Source of the DNA: Octopus bimaculoides
Taxonomy: Eukaryota
NCBI RefSeq assembly: GCF_001194135.2
Contig: NC_068981.1
Location: 132,273,445-132,337,444 of the forward strand
Direction of reading: 5' to 3'
Length of the DNA stretch: 64,000 nt
The position numbers were made by a program, and so were the translations under genes. A model generated the notes under the pieces. The model searched no databases, was not told where the DNA came from, and saw nothing but the letters and a program-made list of their open reading frames with translations. Of the stretch, positions 63,439 through 64,000 are shown one piece after another. The first letter of the stretch is position 1. Every line of letters starts with the position of its first letter.

Positions 63439-64000
63439 TGGCAAAACGTGTGTGTGTGGTGTATGTTTCAAATTTTAGTTCAATGTTTTCTTTGCATCAA
63501 ATGCATAATGAGACCTCAGTGTAGCCATTCTGTTGTATTATCTATGTTTAAGAAACAAGTTCTCCTCATTACAGCCACTTTATATCATTTAATTCAGTTT
63601 CATTCAGAGTTGTATGAAAAATATTTTACTTCTTCCCAACATATTCCTACAGACAACATTCTCCAAGTTATTTCAGACAAACCAACTAGATATCTATGCA
63701 CATCAATCAAAATAATAATCATTTTCTAGCAAAAGATCCTTACATAAATTTATGATAGAAGGTTTCAATTTAAATTTGAACTCTTCAAAATGACATAATT
63801 TTGTATCTTGAAACTAGTTATTGTTTTAAGTGGCCTGGTTTAAAAGAAATTAAAATTCACAAGACGAAAATACATAAGTAGCCACTCTAAGTTATAAAAC
63901 CATGTAGCTGGTTAGGTACTTGTTACTTCAAAGAGACCATTAAATAATGCACTTGAAAATGTTAGCAAATGTACATAAGTTTTTCTACTGTTGATTTTGC

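Noticed and set aside
63735-63770. ATCCTTACAT as a U12 branch point
   Set aside because: Imperfect match, no AC acceptor at the right distance, and the downstream frame closes at once

Overview
AT-rich, microsatellite- and SINE-dense animal genomic DNA with many N gaps; the repeat families resemble those of octopod cephalopods (organism is an inference). It is not prokaryotic, and most supplied ORFs are microsatellite or gap artefacts. The main feature is one multi-exon + strand gene that I assembled by hand from 24 phase-consistent exons (23842-63428, 2775 nt, 925 codons, 3' end beyond the window). It encodes a divergent FMNL/FRL-type formin: a Ser-rich N-terminus, a partial GBD/FH3 (DID) region, a coiled coil, an almost absent FH1 (APPPVPP) and an FH2 with its signature residues. 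The last exon in the window ends at a U12-type AT-AC donor (ATATCCTTTT). Introns and upstream DNA carry several tRNA-derived SINE families, TTAA-flanked piggyBac-like MITEs, hAT MITEs, palindromic MITEs, a solo LTR with a 4-bp TSD, and decayed RTE, CR1-like, CRE-like and Penelope-like fragments. There are also four hammerhead-ribozyme-like motifs. All calls were made by eye with no database search.
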